A DNA stretch of 64,000 nt, taken from NCBI GenBank assembly GCA_945890715.1, contig CAMDCX010000001.1, positions 13,751 to 77,750 on the forward strand. Reading direction: 5' to 3'. This document shows, in pieces, positions 1 through 9,178 of the stretch. A program made the position numbers and the translations under genes. Position 1 is the stretch's first letter, and each line of letters starts with the position of its first letter. This DNA is from PVC group bacterium (GTDB lineage: Bacteria; Verrucomicrobiota; Kiritimatiellia; CAIKKV01; CAITUY01). The notes beneath the pieces are model-generated. The model was not told the DNA's origin and did not search any database. It saw only the letters and a program-made list of their open reading frames with translations.

Positions 1-345
1 GACGGCATTCTGGCAGCGGCCACCGAGGTGAAGGGGATGAAGCTGATGGCCGTGGCTGTCGGTGAGGTCTCGCCCGAAGCGCTCAAAACTCTGGCCGAGG
101 CGGCGATGGCGAAGGCCGGGTCGGCCGTGGTGGTGTTGGGTGCCAGCCATGCCGGCAAGGCGCAGTTTATTGTGGCGGTCAGTCCCGACCTGGTGAAGCA
201 GGGGGTCCACGCCGGGAAAATTATCAAGGAAGTGGCCAAGGTGGCAGGTGGCGGGGGTGGCGGACAACCCGCCCTGGCGAATGCCGGAGGCAAGGATGTC
301 AGCAAGATTGCCGAGGCGGTCGAGAAGGCCAGGGCGTTGCTGTGA
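1..345 (+). CDS. alaS: Alanyl-tRNA synthetase, C-terminal fragment (5' end lies upstream of the window)
   Basis: The reading frame is open from base 1. The translation (…[44 protein letters not shown]…) matches the AlaRS C-terminal DHHA1/oligomerisation region, including its glycine-rich tail. Confidence 0.75.
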   Translation, partial: DGILAAATEVKGMKLMAVAVGEVSPEALKTLAEAAMAKAGSAVVVLGASHAGKAQFIVAVSPDLVKQGVHAGKIIKEVAKVAGGGGGGQPALANAGGKDVSKIAEAVEKARALL

Positions 346-369
346 GATGTGAAACGTGAGACGTGAGGA

Positions 370-732
370 GTGCACATGAGTGTGGAAATCATCTGCGCGG
401 GGTGTGGACAGGAAAGTCTTCTGAGGCGGGAGCCTGTTTATGAGGGGTTCAAGAAGGTGGGGGAGATTCTAACCTGTGCCGCTTGCGGACATGACTATGC
501 TTCCGAGGAGGAGGTGCCGTTCAAGCAGAAGGCGGCGCCTCAAGTCTTTGATGCCAGTGATGCCCCTCGGACCATCAAGGTTTTCCGCGAGAACGAAGCG
601 GAGACCCTTTGTCGCCACTGCAAACACTTTGTGGTGAACCCGTTTCTTCAGCGTTGCGGCAGGCATGCCAAGAGTGTGGAAGCCACCGATTCGTGCCGCG
701 ATTTCGAGAAGAAGCCTGTGCCGAAGCTCTAG
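370..732 (+). CDS. Small cysteine-rich hypothetical protein with a double zinc-ribbon
   Basis: The 119-120 aa ORF has two CxxC…CxxC modules (CAGCG…CAACG; CRHCK…C…C). A GAGGAG Shine-Dalgarno sits just upstream of the ATG pair at 370/376. No recognisable family. Confidence 0.5.
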   Translation: MHMSVEIICAGCGQESLLRREPVYEGFKKVGEILTCAACGHDYASEEEVPFKQKAAPQVFDASDAPRTIKVFRENEAETLCRHCKHFVVNPFLQRCGRHAKSVEATDSCRDFEKKPVPKL

Positions 733-861
733 AAGATGGCCCGCGATCTCCGAGCGCGGGGATCTCCGGCTTGACTCCCGTTGCCTGTCAATGGCACGAT
801 GCCCGCGCTTTTTTATGGGGGTCATGTGAAGTCGAGTCGGCGCGAAAATATTGAAACATTC

Positions 862-2001
862 ATGGTGGACTTGATTCAGAGGAAGGATACCTCGCGGATC
901 AAGGATCGGCGTGTGTTACTGCTGCTTTGGACGCTTCGTCAATTTTCCCGTGTGTTCAATGTCATCGTCAAGACCCGTCATCTGCTCTATGCCCACGGGA
1001 TTATCCGCCATCACACGCTTGGCTGCCAGGTCATCAGCATTGGAAATGTCACGGTAGGGGGGACGGGAAAGACGCCGGTTGTGGAAGTGTTTGCCCGTTC
1101 GCTTCAAAAGAAGGGGCGGAAAGTCGCCATTCTCAGCCGTGGGTATAAGAAAAAAGAGCTCCCGCTGGCGGAACGCCTGGTGAATAAGCTTTTGCTCCGC
1201 GAAACCCGGATTCCGCCGCGAGTGGTATCGGATGGGAAAAACCTGCTTCTGGATTCCGATATGGGCGGTGATGAGCCTTACATGCTGGCGTCCAATCTGA
1301 CGGATGTGGCCGTGCTGGTGGACAAGGATCGCGTCAAGAGCGGACGCTATGCCATCAACCGGTTTGGGTGTGACACCCTGGTTTTGGATGACGGGTTTCA
1401 GTATCTGGCGTTGAAGCATCATGTTGAAATTGTGCTGGTGGACAGCAAGAACCCCTTTGCCAACGGCTTTATGTTGCCGCGCGGACTTCTTCGGGAGGAT
1501 GTTCGTAATCTCGCGCGTGCTCACTATATTTTCATCACCAAATGCGACGGAAGCGATAACACCGCCCTGAAGGCCGAACTCCGGAAATTGAACGCCAAGG
1601 CTGAAATGATCGAGTGCACCCACAAAGCCCGTTACCTGACGAATGTGTTCACCACCGCTCGCGAGGAACTGTCCTTCCTTCAGGGACGATCAGTCGCGGC
1701 CGTGTCTGGAATTGCCGCGCCGGGTGGTTTTGAACGGGAACTCGAGCGGTTGGGTGCCCGTCTGACTCAGCGGGTGCAATTTGCCGACCATCACCGTTAT
1801 ACCCAGCAGGAGATCATCGAGGTCATCAACAGTGCGCGCGACAGCGGGGCCGAGGCGATTATGACGACCGAAAAGGATGCGGTACGGTTTCCGCGGCTTG
1901 ACCGGTGCGATCTGCCGATCTATTTTCTGAGGGTGGATATTGAATTGTTATCCGGGAGTGAGGACTTCAATGCCTGTATCGCCCGAATTTGTTTCCATTA
2001 A
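862..2001 (+). CDS. lpxK: Tetraacyldisaccharide 4'-kinase
   Basis: P-loop GNVTVGGTGKTP lies about 60 aa from the proposed ATG at 862, with LpxK-like architecture throughout. The longer ORF from 781 is probably an over-extension. Confidence 0.8.
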   Translation: MVDLIQRKDTSRIKDRRVLLLLWTLRQFSRVFNVIVKTRHLLYAHGIIRHHTLGCQVISIGNVTVGGTGKTPVVEVFARSLQKKGRKVAILSRGYKKKELPLAERLVNKLLLRETRIPPRVVSDGKNLLLDSDMGGDEPYMLASNLTDVAVLVDKDRVKSGRYAINRFGCDTLVLDDGFQYLALKHHVEIVLVDSKNPFANGFMLPRGLLREDVRNLARAHYIFITKCDGSDNTALKAELRKLNAKAEMIECTHKARYLTNVFTTAREELSFLQGRSVAAVSGIAAPGGFERELERLGARLTQRVQFADHHRYTQQEIIEVINSARDSGAEAIMTTEKDAVRFPRLDRCDLPIYFLRVDIELLSGSEDFNACIARICFH

Positions 2002-3037
2002 AGCGGCGCCTCATGGCGTCGGATCGGCCCGGATCCTGATCGTCGGGCTCAGTTGGCTGGGGGATGGTATCATGGCCATGCCGGCCCTGGCGGCCTTTCG
2101 GAAGCGCCTTCCCGGCGTCCATATCACCATGCTGGCCAAACCCTCGGTCGCATCGTTGTGGTCGATTTTTCCAGGCGTGGACGATGTGATTTTGCTCAAG
2201 AAGGGTTTTGTCGGAATGCGCGACACCATTCGGGCGGTTCGAAAAGGCGGTTTTGATTTTGCCTATATCCTGCCGAAATCATTCCGAACCGCCTGGATTC
2301 CCTTTCTAGCGGGCATTCCCGGACGGCGTGGGCTGTCTGGAAACGGCCGGGGCTGGATGTTGACGGAGACTGCTGCATTATCGGAGGCGGCAGTGTGCGG
2401 GCACCAGTCCCTCGAAATCGCCGATGTACTTCAACTTTCCCATGGGGATTTGGAATTGCCTCCGTTTTTGATGGTTTCTGACGAGATTCGTAAGCGGATA
2501 CGAAACCGGGTGGACACATTTCAGGGCGGAGTAGAGGAAGGTAAGTTGATCGCTTTTTTCCCCGGTGCGGCGCATGGTCCATCCAAACGCTGGCCCGCCG
2601 GAAATTTTGCCGCTGTGGGGCGCAGGTTGGTTTCGGAGCCGGGGTGTCGCCTGCTGATTCTGGGGAGTCGGGGCGACAAGGTTGTCTGTGATGAAGTCGC
2701 CGCCGGGATCGGGGACGGTGCGGTGAATCTGGCGGGAGAGACGGATTTTCTGGAACTGATCGGTTTGCTCAGCCTGTGCCGGTGTGTCGTGGCCAATGAT
2801 AGTGGCGGGATGCATTTGGCGGCGGGGCTTGGCGTTCCCGTGATCGGACTCTTCGGGTTGACGGATCCTTCCAAGACGGCTCCCGTTGGAACCCGCCACA
2901 CGCTTTTATGTGCAGAAGGAGTCCGCCAGTCACGGGATATTGACCCGGATTCCCCGGAGGCTCGATCAGCTATCGCCTCCATTTCCGTTGACGCCGTCCT
3001 GGGTGCCGTTGCAAGGGTGGTCGCGGGGTCTGTTTAA
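1970..3037 (+). CDS. ADP-heptose:LPS heptosyltransferase (GT9 family, WaaF/RfaF-like)
   Basis: N-terminal RILIVGLSWLGDGIMAMPAL…HITMLAKP and C-terminal VANDSGGMHLAAGLGVPVIGLFG are typical GT9 heptosyltransferase motifs. Overlaps the lpxK stop. Confidence 0.8.
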   Translation: MPVSPEFVSIKAAPHGVGSARILIVGLSWLGDGIMAMPALAAFRKRLPGVHITMLAKPSVASLWSIFPGVDDVILLKKGFVGMRDTIRAVRKGGFDFAYILPKSFRTAWIPFLAGIPGRRGLSGNGRGWMLTETAALSEAAVCGHQSLEIADVLQLSHGDLELPPFLMVSDEIRKRIRNRVDTFQGGVEEGKLIAFFPGAAHGPSKRWPAGNFAAVGRRLVSEPGCRLLILGSRGDKVVCDEVAAGIGDGAVNLAGETDFLELIGLLSLCRCVVANDSGGMHLAAGLGVPVIGLFGLTDPSKTAPVGTRHTLLCAEGVRQSRDIDPDSPEARSAIASISVDAVLGAVARVVAGSV

Positions 3038-3146
3038 TCTTTTTTCGCCTGTCGGCTTTTTCAGGGTATTTCCCGTAGATCAGGAGAAGAGTGTATCACG
3101 CGAAGACGATCGTTAATACCAGGAATGGACGCACTCCTTTCGCTTT

Positions 3147-5501
3147 TTATCGTGGCCCGACATTGATCGTCAGGTTACCTGCTTGGGCCAAGGAAGCCTG
3201 ATAGGGTGTCATGGCCAGGTCATCAATGATTAAACGGTTATGTTCAGCAGGTTCGACGAATCTCATGAGAATATACAGGCGATTTCTTTTTTTGATCGAA
3301 AACGCGAACTCCTCACAGATGCGCGAACCCGCCTTGAAGGTCTTCGTCAAATGTGTTCGGCCACCCTCCCGAATGACCAATTCAATATCTGAATCTCCAT
3401 GGATCTCCGCCCGGAATCGAAGGGCATAATCATGCTCGCCAACGGGTATTGGATCCATCAATGTAGCCCAACAATACTCAGGGTGAATGTCCCAGCCATT
3501 GGGTGTGATTAGAGGATATGAAATAATCCCGCCACGGTTAACTTGCTTCGCACGGCTTCCCGTTACTTCTTGGACGGCTCGAGGCCAGCGTTCCGCGCGG
3601 CAGAGATTGGAATAGTCCAGCAGGGACAATGGACGCGACGTGTCTCCGAACGCCCACATGAAGGCGTGATGGGGAATTGTTCGCTCCCATTTTTGCGCCG
3701 TCCACAGGGGGAAGTACGTGGCATTATCCGGAGACGTGCGATTAAGGAAAATAACTCCCGCAGTCAAGACGACGACTCCATATTGCAGAACGACAGGAAT
3801 CTTCCGGAAAAGCCAGAGAAAGGCCAGGAGGGCTGTTCCGCCCATCACTATCCACGGGAAAGCAGTTCCGGGCGGCAACAGGAAGCGAGGGAGGGGCGAA
3901 AGCAAGAAGTGGAAATCGCCAACGATGTGGGGGTCATGCAATGCACGTAAATCAGGATAGACCGACAGGAGGAAACAAAACATGTTCATGGAAAAGAAAC
4001 CGAGAAAGAAAATCACCAGGCGAAATCCAGGAGCTGCCACATCGAGAACCACTGCTAGAACCCCCATTAGGATGGGAACGGTGACGAGGAGAAATCGTCC
4101 CGGCAATGTCGCCCCTCCCCACCAGTCAGAGGCAGAACAAGATGTCAGCCAAATGCTCATGAAACAAAGCAAGGCCAGGAAAGCATGGGCGCGATGCCGT
4201 GAGTATTGAAGCAGTCCAATCGTGCCCAGGAGAGCGCAGGAAAAAACGGGAAACGCCACCAGGATTCCCTTGGAGGAGGTCAGGACGTGCCACAGACCCG
4301 AGGGACTAGCCATGAGAAAGGCCGATACGGGAGCCACCGTCCCTCCGATGAACATCCGGTACTGATTCAGGTAGAGCAACGTCCACACGGCAAGAATGAG
4401 AGCCGCGAACATGGACAATCGTGGTAATCCGCGTCGCCATGGACTGGACAAGTAGAGACACTGGACGCCATAGGCGCCCGCAAGGGTCATGGCCAGCGGG
4501 ATAAAGCGGACATAGGCCCACGGCAATGCCCCGATGCACGGGACGGCTAGCAAGAGAGCGTGAACGGGGTGCGTCCTCTGCAGCACTATGGCGACGAATC
4601 CATAAACGGCTAGCGTTCCGCCAAGGACTTCCGGGAGAGCACGGCAGGAGTAAATACCCCAGAACGTGCTGCCGCCCATCAGGATGGCAACAGCCCAACC
4701 TCCCCGTCTGGATGCGCCCAGCAAACGAGCCAATAGATAGGTGCCCGCGAGGCCTAGACCGGCAATTATGCCAAGCACGAGATGTCTGGCGTACAGCCCG
4801 TGTTCACTGGTCGGAGCTAATAGGATACACAGAACTGACGAATGCAAGGAATACCACTTTCCGTTTCGCGAATTCGGGCTGATATGTGTGCGCTCGGAGA
4901 AATCTTCCGCGGCGACATCGCCGAGGTTGTTCCGCAGGTCCAGATCCCCATCGTCGTGGAGGCTTTTTGCCTGGATGAGATAGTGCCCCTCATCGCCGGA
5001 GTGCTCGCCGACGGTCTTTGTGATCCAGACCCCCAGCAGGCAAAACAGGATCGATCCTGCTGCGAACAGGATTATCCAATCCTTGCCACGGCAATCTCTT
5101 TCTCCGCAAGAGGTTACGCTAAAGGCTTTCACAGCGGCAGCAGACAGGATGCATGACGGAATGAAGATATGGAGAAAGGCGCTGAGGTGCGGATGCCATG
5201 GGAGCCCCAGTAAGCCTAAGGAGGGAAGCAGGGCGAGCCATTTGAGCCATGCGTTAATCTTGCCGAATTGCCCTGTTTTCCCACAGCACTGGGCAACACA
5301 ATACCCGATGAACAGAATCGCGCTTACCACCACAAATGTGCTGTACAGGTAAGGCAAGGAAATTAACACCCGGCCGGGAAATTCACGAAAAACAACAACG
5401 CCTTCGCCAAGAAACGGCGTCACGATCCACAGCCCCAGAAAAAGAGACATCCACAGCAAGCCAGCCATCTTACTCCATAATTGTCGTAGACACGTATGCA
5501 A
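3147..5501 (-). CDS. Large polytopic membrane protein, GT-C-like (ArnT/PMT-type) putative glycosyltransferase with a soluble C-terminal domain
   Basis: 784 aa with more than 12 predicted hydrophobic helices, followed by a roughly 230-aa hydrophilic C-terminal domain. Sits beside LPS-core genes. Family assignment is tentative. Confidence 0.45.
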   Translation of the reverse strand: MHTCLRQLWSKMAGLLWMSLFLGLWIVTPFLGEGVVVFREFPGRVLISLPYLYSTFVVVSAILFIGYCVAQCCGKTGQFGKINAWLKWLALLPSLGLLGLPWHPHLSAFLHIFIPSCILSAAAVKAFSVTSCGERDCRGKDWIILFAAGSILFCLLGVWITKTVGEHSGDEGHYLIQAKSLHDDGDLDLRNNLGDVAAEDFSERTHISPNSRNGKWYSLHSSVLCILLAPTSEHGLYARHLVLGIIAGLGLAGTYLLARLLGASRRGGWAVAILMGGSTFWGIYSCRALPEVLGGTLAVYGFVAIVLQRTHPVHALLLAVPCIGALPWAYVRFIPLAMTLAGAYGVQCLYLSSPWRRGLPRLSMFAALILAVWTLLYLNQYRMFIGGTVAPVSAFLMASPSGLWHVLTSSKGILVAFPVFSCALLGTIGLLQYSRHRAHAFLALLCFMSIWLTSCSASDWWGGATLPGRFLLVTVPILMGVLAVVLDVAAPGFRLVIFFLGFFSMNMFCFLLSVYPDLRALHDPHIVGDFHFLLSPLPRFLLPPGTAFPWIVMGGTALLAFLWLFRKIPVVLQYGVVVLTAGVIFLNRTSPDNATYFPLWTAQKWERTIPHHAFMWAFGDTSRPLSLLDYSNLCRAERWPRAVQEVTGSRAKQVNRGGIISYPLITPNGWDIHPEYCWATLMDPIPVGEHDYALRFRAEIHGDSDIELVIREGGRTHLTKTFKAGSRICEEFAFSIKKRNRLYILMRFVEPAEHNRLIIDDLAMTPYQASLAQAGNLTINVGPR

Positions 5502-5604
5502 AGCAGAAAGGTTGCATGAATTGACTGTTTATTACAGACATTATTAATGTTTTCATAATAATCCAGATGGGAGTAGACTAGCGCCAACAAGCAGGAGGTA
5601 TTCC

Positions 5605-6048
5605 ATGAGTACAGTCAAGGATCTGTTGACGGCTAAAGGTTCCTCGGTTTCCACGATTTCCCCCCAGGCAAAGGTGTATGAGGCTTTGGCCCTCATGGCG
5701 GAAAAGGATATCGGCGCCTTGGTGGTGGTGTCTGAAGGTAAGGTAGTGGGCGTGATCTCCGAACGTGACTATGCCCGCAAGGTTGTTCTCAAAGGACGTT
5801 TCTCCAAAGAGACGGCCGTCAAGGATGTCATGAGTTCCCTCGATGCCACGGTCAAGCCCTCCCAAACCGTGGAAGAGTGCATGGCGATCATGACGGAGAA
5901 ACGGCACCGGCATCTTCCTGTACTGGATAATGGAAAGCTGGTGGGGATCATTTCCATCGGCGATCTGGTCAAGAGCATCATCTCCAACCAGAAGTTCATG
6001 ATCGAGAACCTCGAGAATTACATCAGTGGGGCGCCGGAAGTCCGGTGA
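5605..6048 (+). CDS. CBS-pair domain protein
   Basis: Tandem CBS motifs (…DIGALVVVSEGKVVGVISERDYARKVV… and …HRHLPVLDNGKLVGIISIGDLVK…). An AGGAGG Shine-Dalgarno lies upstream. Confidence 0.8.
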   Translation: MSTVKDLLTAKGSSVSTISPQAKVYEALALMAEKDIGALVVVSEGKVVGVISERDYARKVVLKGRFSKETAVKDVMSSLDATVKPSQTVEECMAIMTEKRHRHLPVLDNGKLVGIISIGDLVKSIISNQKFMIENLENYISGAPEVR

Positions 6049-6099
6049 CCGGCTTGATTCGACGGGATTCCTGGGCCGGCCCGGAGCGGGAGGATAGTC

Positions 6100-7890
6100 A
6101 TGGGTAATACCATCACCGATGTGATCAAGCAGTACGGCGGGGATGAAACCCGGCTCATGGATATCCTGATTGATATCCAGGCGGCGCAAGGATATCTCTC
6201 CGATTCGGCGATTACGCAGATAGCGCGTGCTCTGGGTATTCCCCAGGTTGATGTCGAGCAGACGGTGTCCTTCTATCATTTCTTTGCGCGGGAGCCGCGG
6301 GGCAAATATGCCATTTACCTGAATGACAGCGTGGTGGCGGAATTCAATGATCGGGCTGGTGTCGTCAAGGCCCTGGAGGAGGCCGCAGGGTGTTCCTTCG
6401 GGCAAGTGTCCCCGGACGGCCTGATCGGACTCTTTCCCACAGCCTGTATCGGCATGAGCGATCAGGAGCCCGCTGCTCTGGTCAACGAGGTGGTATTCCC
6501 CCGAATGACCCCTGCGAAGGCGCGGGCTTTGGTGGCGGGACTGAAGGCGGGTAAAACCGTCGCCGATCTTGCCGGAACGGATTTCGGGGAAGGGCAGAAT
6601 GCCCACCCGCTGATCCGGTCCACCGTGCGCAATAATATCAGACTTCGGGGCGACATGGTGTTTGACCGTTATGAACCCGGTACGGCGCTCCGGCGTGCCG
6701 TATCCATGAGTTCGCGGGAGATCATCGCCATGGTGAAGGCGGCGAGTGTGCGGGGCCGCGGCGGCGCGGGTTTTCCCACGGGCATGAAGTGGGAGTTTGC
6801 GCGCAAGGCACCGGGTGATGTGAAGTACATCTTCTGCAATGCCGATGAGGGTGAGCCGGGAACGTTCAAGGATCGTGTCATCCTGACCGAATTGCCGGGG
6901 TTGGTGTTTGAGGGGATGGCCGTGGCGGGATATGCGGTGGGCGCCAGGCATGGCATTCTGTATATTCGCAACGAATACCGTTATCTTCGATCCTACTTAG
7001 AGAGCATCCTGGCGGACATGCGGGAGCAGAATCTCCTGGGTGCGTTCATCGTAGGCAAGGCGGGTTTTAACTTTGACATCAAGATTCAGTTTGGCGCCGG
7101 GGCCTATGTCTGCGGGGAGGAATCCGCGCTCATCGAGTCGGCGGAGGGGAAACGCGGGGAACCGCGGGATCGTCCGCCGTTTCCCGTTGAGAAAGGATAC
7201 CTCCAGAAACCGACGGTGGTGAATAATGTCGAGACGCTGTGTTCCGTCGTTCAGGTTCTGGTCAAAGGGGTGGACTGGTACAATTCGCTGGGAACCCCGG
7301 AATCCAAGGGCACCAAAGTGCTCAGCGTGTCAGGCGACTGCGATAAGCCCGGCATTTACGAGATTGCCTGGGGCTTTTCGGTGAATGATGTCCTAAAGAT
7401 GGTCGGAGCCCGGGAGGTTCAGGCGGTTCAGGTCGGAGGGCCGTCGGGTGCGTGCATCGCTCCCGGAGAATTCAACCGCATTCTAGCCTATGAAGATCTC
7501 GCCACGGGTGGATCGTTGATTATTATCGGGGCGCATCGGGATTTGTTGAAGGATGTCGTTTTGAACTTTGCCCGCTTTTTCCGTGAGGAGTCCTGCGGAT
7601 CCTGTGTCCCGTGCCGCGCCCTGACGGTGATGGCCCAACGGGTGATGGAGCACATCGTGGCGGGGAAGGGAACCCCAACCGATCTCGCCCGGTTTGTGGA
7701 ATGGACCTCCATCATGAAGAAGAACCGGTGCGGCCTCGGCCAGACGGCCTTGAATCCGATCATCACGACCCTCCGGAATTTCAAACCGCTGTATGATCGC
7801 CGGATCGCCGTTGGCGACGACCGGTTTATGCCGACATTCGACCTGGCGGCGGCGGTCAGGGATTATGATGAGGCGGTCAAAGAAACCTGA
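6100..7890 (+). CDS. hoxF: NAD-reducing [NiFe] hydrogenase diaphorase subunit HoxF (NuoE-like N-terminal domain fused to NuoF-like FMN/NADH/4Fe-4S module)
   Basis: NuoF motifs are GAGAYVCGEESALIESAEGKRGEPR and a C-terminal ESCGSCVPCR…CGLGQ 4Fe-4S site. Length is about 600 aa, typical of HoxF. Confidence 0.85.
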   Translation: MGNTITDVIKQYGGDETRLMDILIDIQAAQGYLSDSAITQIARALGIPQVDVEQTVSFYHFFAREPRGKYAIYLNDSVVAEFNDRAGVVKALEEAAGCSFGQVSPDGLIGLFPTACIGMSDQEPAALVNEVVFPRMTPAKARALVAGLKAGKTVADLAGTDFGEGQNAHPLIRSTVRNNIRLRGDMVFDRYEPGTALRRAVSMSSREIIAMVKAASVRGRGGAGFPTGMKWEFARKAPGDVKYIFCNADEGEPGTFKDRVILTELPGLVFEGMAVAGYAVGARHGILYIRNEYRYLRSYLESILADMREQNLLGAFIVGKAGFNFDIKIQFGAGAYVCGEESALIESAEGKRGEPRDRPPFPVEKGYLQKPTVVNNVETLCSVVQVLVKGVDWYNSLGTPESKGTKVLSVSGDCDKPGIYEIAWGFSVNDVLKMVGAREVQAVQVGGPSGACIAPGEFNRILAYEDLATGGSLIIIGAHRDLLKDVVLNFARFFREESCGSCVPCRALTVMAQRVMEHIVAGKGTPTDLARFVEWTSIMKKNRCGLGQTALNPIITTLRNFKPLYDRRIAVGDDRFMPTFDLAAAVRDYDEAVKET

Positions 7891-7902
7891 GGAGCTGGAG
7901 AC

Positions 7903-8598
7903 ATGGCCACATTTGTCAAATTTACATTGAACGGGGTGGAGTGCCTCGCCGAGGACGGAACGCAACTCGTGGAGGCGGCTGCTGAGAATGGCGTGTTCAT
8001 TCCCACGCTTTGCAATTATCCGGGAATCCCGCCCAAAGGCTCATGCCGGATCTGCACGGTGCTGGTAAACGGGATTCCCGTCACCGCCTGCACCACTCGG
8101 GTCGTCGAGGATATGAAGGTTCAGACCTCGACCCCGGAATTGGAATCATTCAGGAAGTCGGTCGTTGAAATTCTTTTTGCGGAAGGCAACCATCTCTGTC
8201 CGTCCTGTGAAAAAAGCGGCAGTTGCGAATTGCAGGCGCTGGCCTACAGGTACCGGATGACGGTGCCTCATTTCCCTTATCTGTTCCCCACGCGTGATGT
8301 AGAAGCCTGGCATCCCAAGATTCTCAAGGATCACAATCGCTGCATTCTGTGCAAGCGGTGTATCCGCGGGATTCACAATAAGGACGGTAAGGCGTTGTTT
8401 GCCTTTGGTAAACGGGGAGACCGGCTGGTGATCAATATCGATCCCGAAACGTCACGGGATGTCAGTGATGAATTGGTCCAGAAGGCGATGGACATGTGTC
8501 CTGTCGGGGCCATTCTGAAAAAAGAAAAGGGATTTGATGTGCCCATCGGGTCCCGGAAATACGATGTGGCCCCCATCGGTAGTGAGATTGAAGGCTGA
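7903..8598 (+). CDS. hoxU: NAD-reducing hydrogenase diaphorase subunit HoxU (NuoG N-terminal-like 2Fe-2S/4Fe-4S ferredoxin)
   Basis: Starts with a 2Fe-2S ferredoxin fold (FTLNGVECLAEDGTQL…CNYPGIPPKGSCRIC), followed by CPSCEKSGSCELQ and CKRCIRG/CPVGA cluster motifs. Confidence 0.85.
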   Translation: MATFVKFTLNGVECLAEDGTQLVEAAAENGVFIPTLCNYPGIPPKGSCRICTVLVNGIPVTACTTRVVEDMKVQTSTPELESFRKSVVEILFAEGNHLCPSCEKSGSCELQALAYRYRMTVPHFPYLFPTRDVEAWHPKILKDHNRCILCKRCIRGIHNKDGKALFAFGKRGDRLVINIDPETSRDVSDELVQKAMDMCPVGAILKKEKGFDVPIGSRKYDVAPIGSEIEG

Positions 8599-8612
8599 TC
8601 GGAGAGTGTGTT

Positions 8613-9164
8613 ATGCCCAAGAAAATCATCGCCACCGCATCCCTCGCAGGCTGTTTCGGCTGTCATATGTCGTTTCTTGATATTGATGAGCGGCTTCTGG
8701 ATCTGATCGAACTTGTGGAGTTCCATAAATCCCCGCTTACCGACATCAAAACCTTTTCGAAGGAGTGCGATATCGGGTTGATTGAGGGGGGCTGCTGTAA
8801 TGACGAGAATGTCCATACCCTGATGGAATTCCGGAAGCACTGTAAGATTCTCGTTTCGGTGGGGGAATGTTCCATCATGGGCGGGCTACCGGCTTTGCGG
8901 AACATGATTCCCCTTCGGGAATGCCTGGAGGAATCCTACCTGAGAGGGCCCACCACAGGCGATGGAACGGGGAAGGGGATTATCCCCCATGATGAGGATC
9001 TGCCGAAAATTCTCGACCGGGTTTATCCCTGCCACGAAGTGGTGAAGATTGACTATTACCTGCCGGGATGTCCCCCCAGGGCGGACTTGATCTGGGAGGC
9101 GCTGGTGGCGTTGGTGAACGGCACCGAATTGAAGCCGACGGATGCGATGTTTAAATTTGATTAA
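8613..9164 (+). CDS. hoxY: [NiFe] hydrogenase small subunit HoxY (group 3d)
   Basis: N-terminal SLAGCFGCHMSFLD and later GECS…GCPP cysteine motifs of the NuoB-like hydrogenase small subunit. Confidence 0.85.
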   Translation: MPKKIIATASLAGCFGCHMSFLDIDERLLDLIELVEFHKSPLTDIKTFSKECDIGLIEGGCCNDENVHTLMEFRKHCKILVSVGECSIMGGLPALRNMIPLRECLEESYLRGPTTGDGTGKGIIPHDEDLPKILDRVYPCHEVVKIDYYLPGCPPRADLIWEALVALVNGTELKPTDAMFKFD

Positions 9165-9178
9165 CGGGAGTGCTGTTT

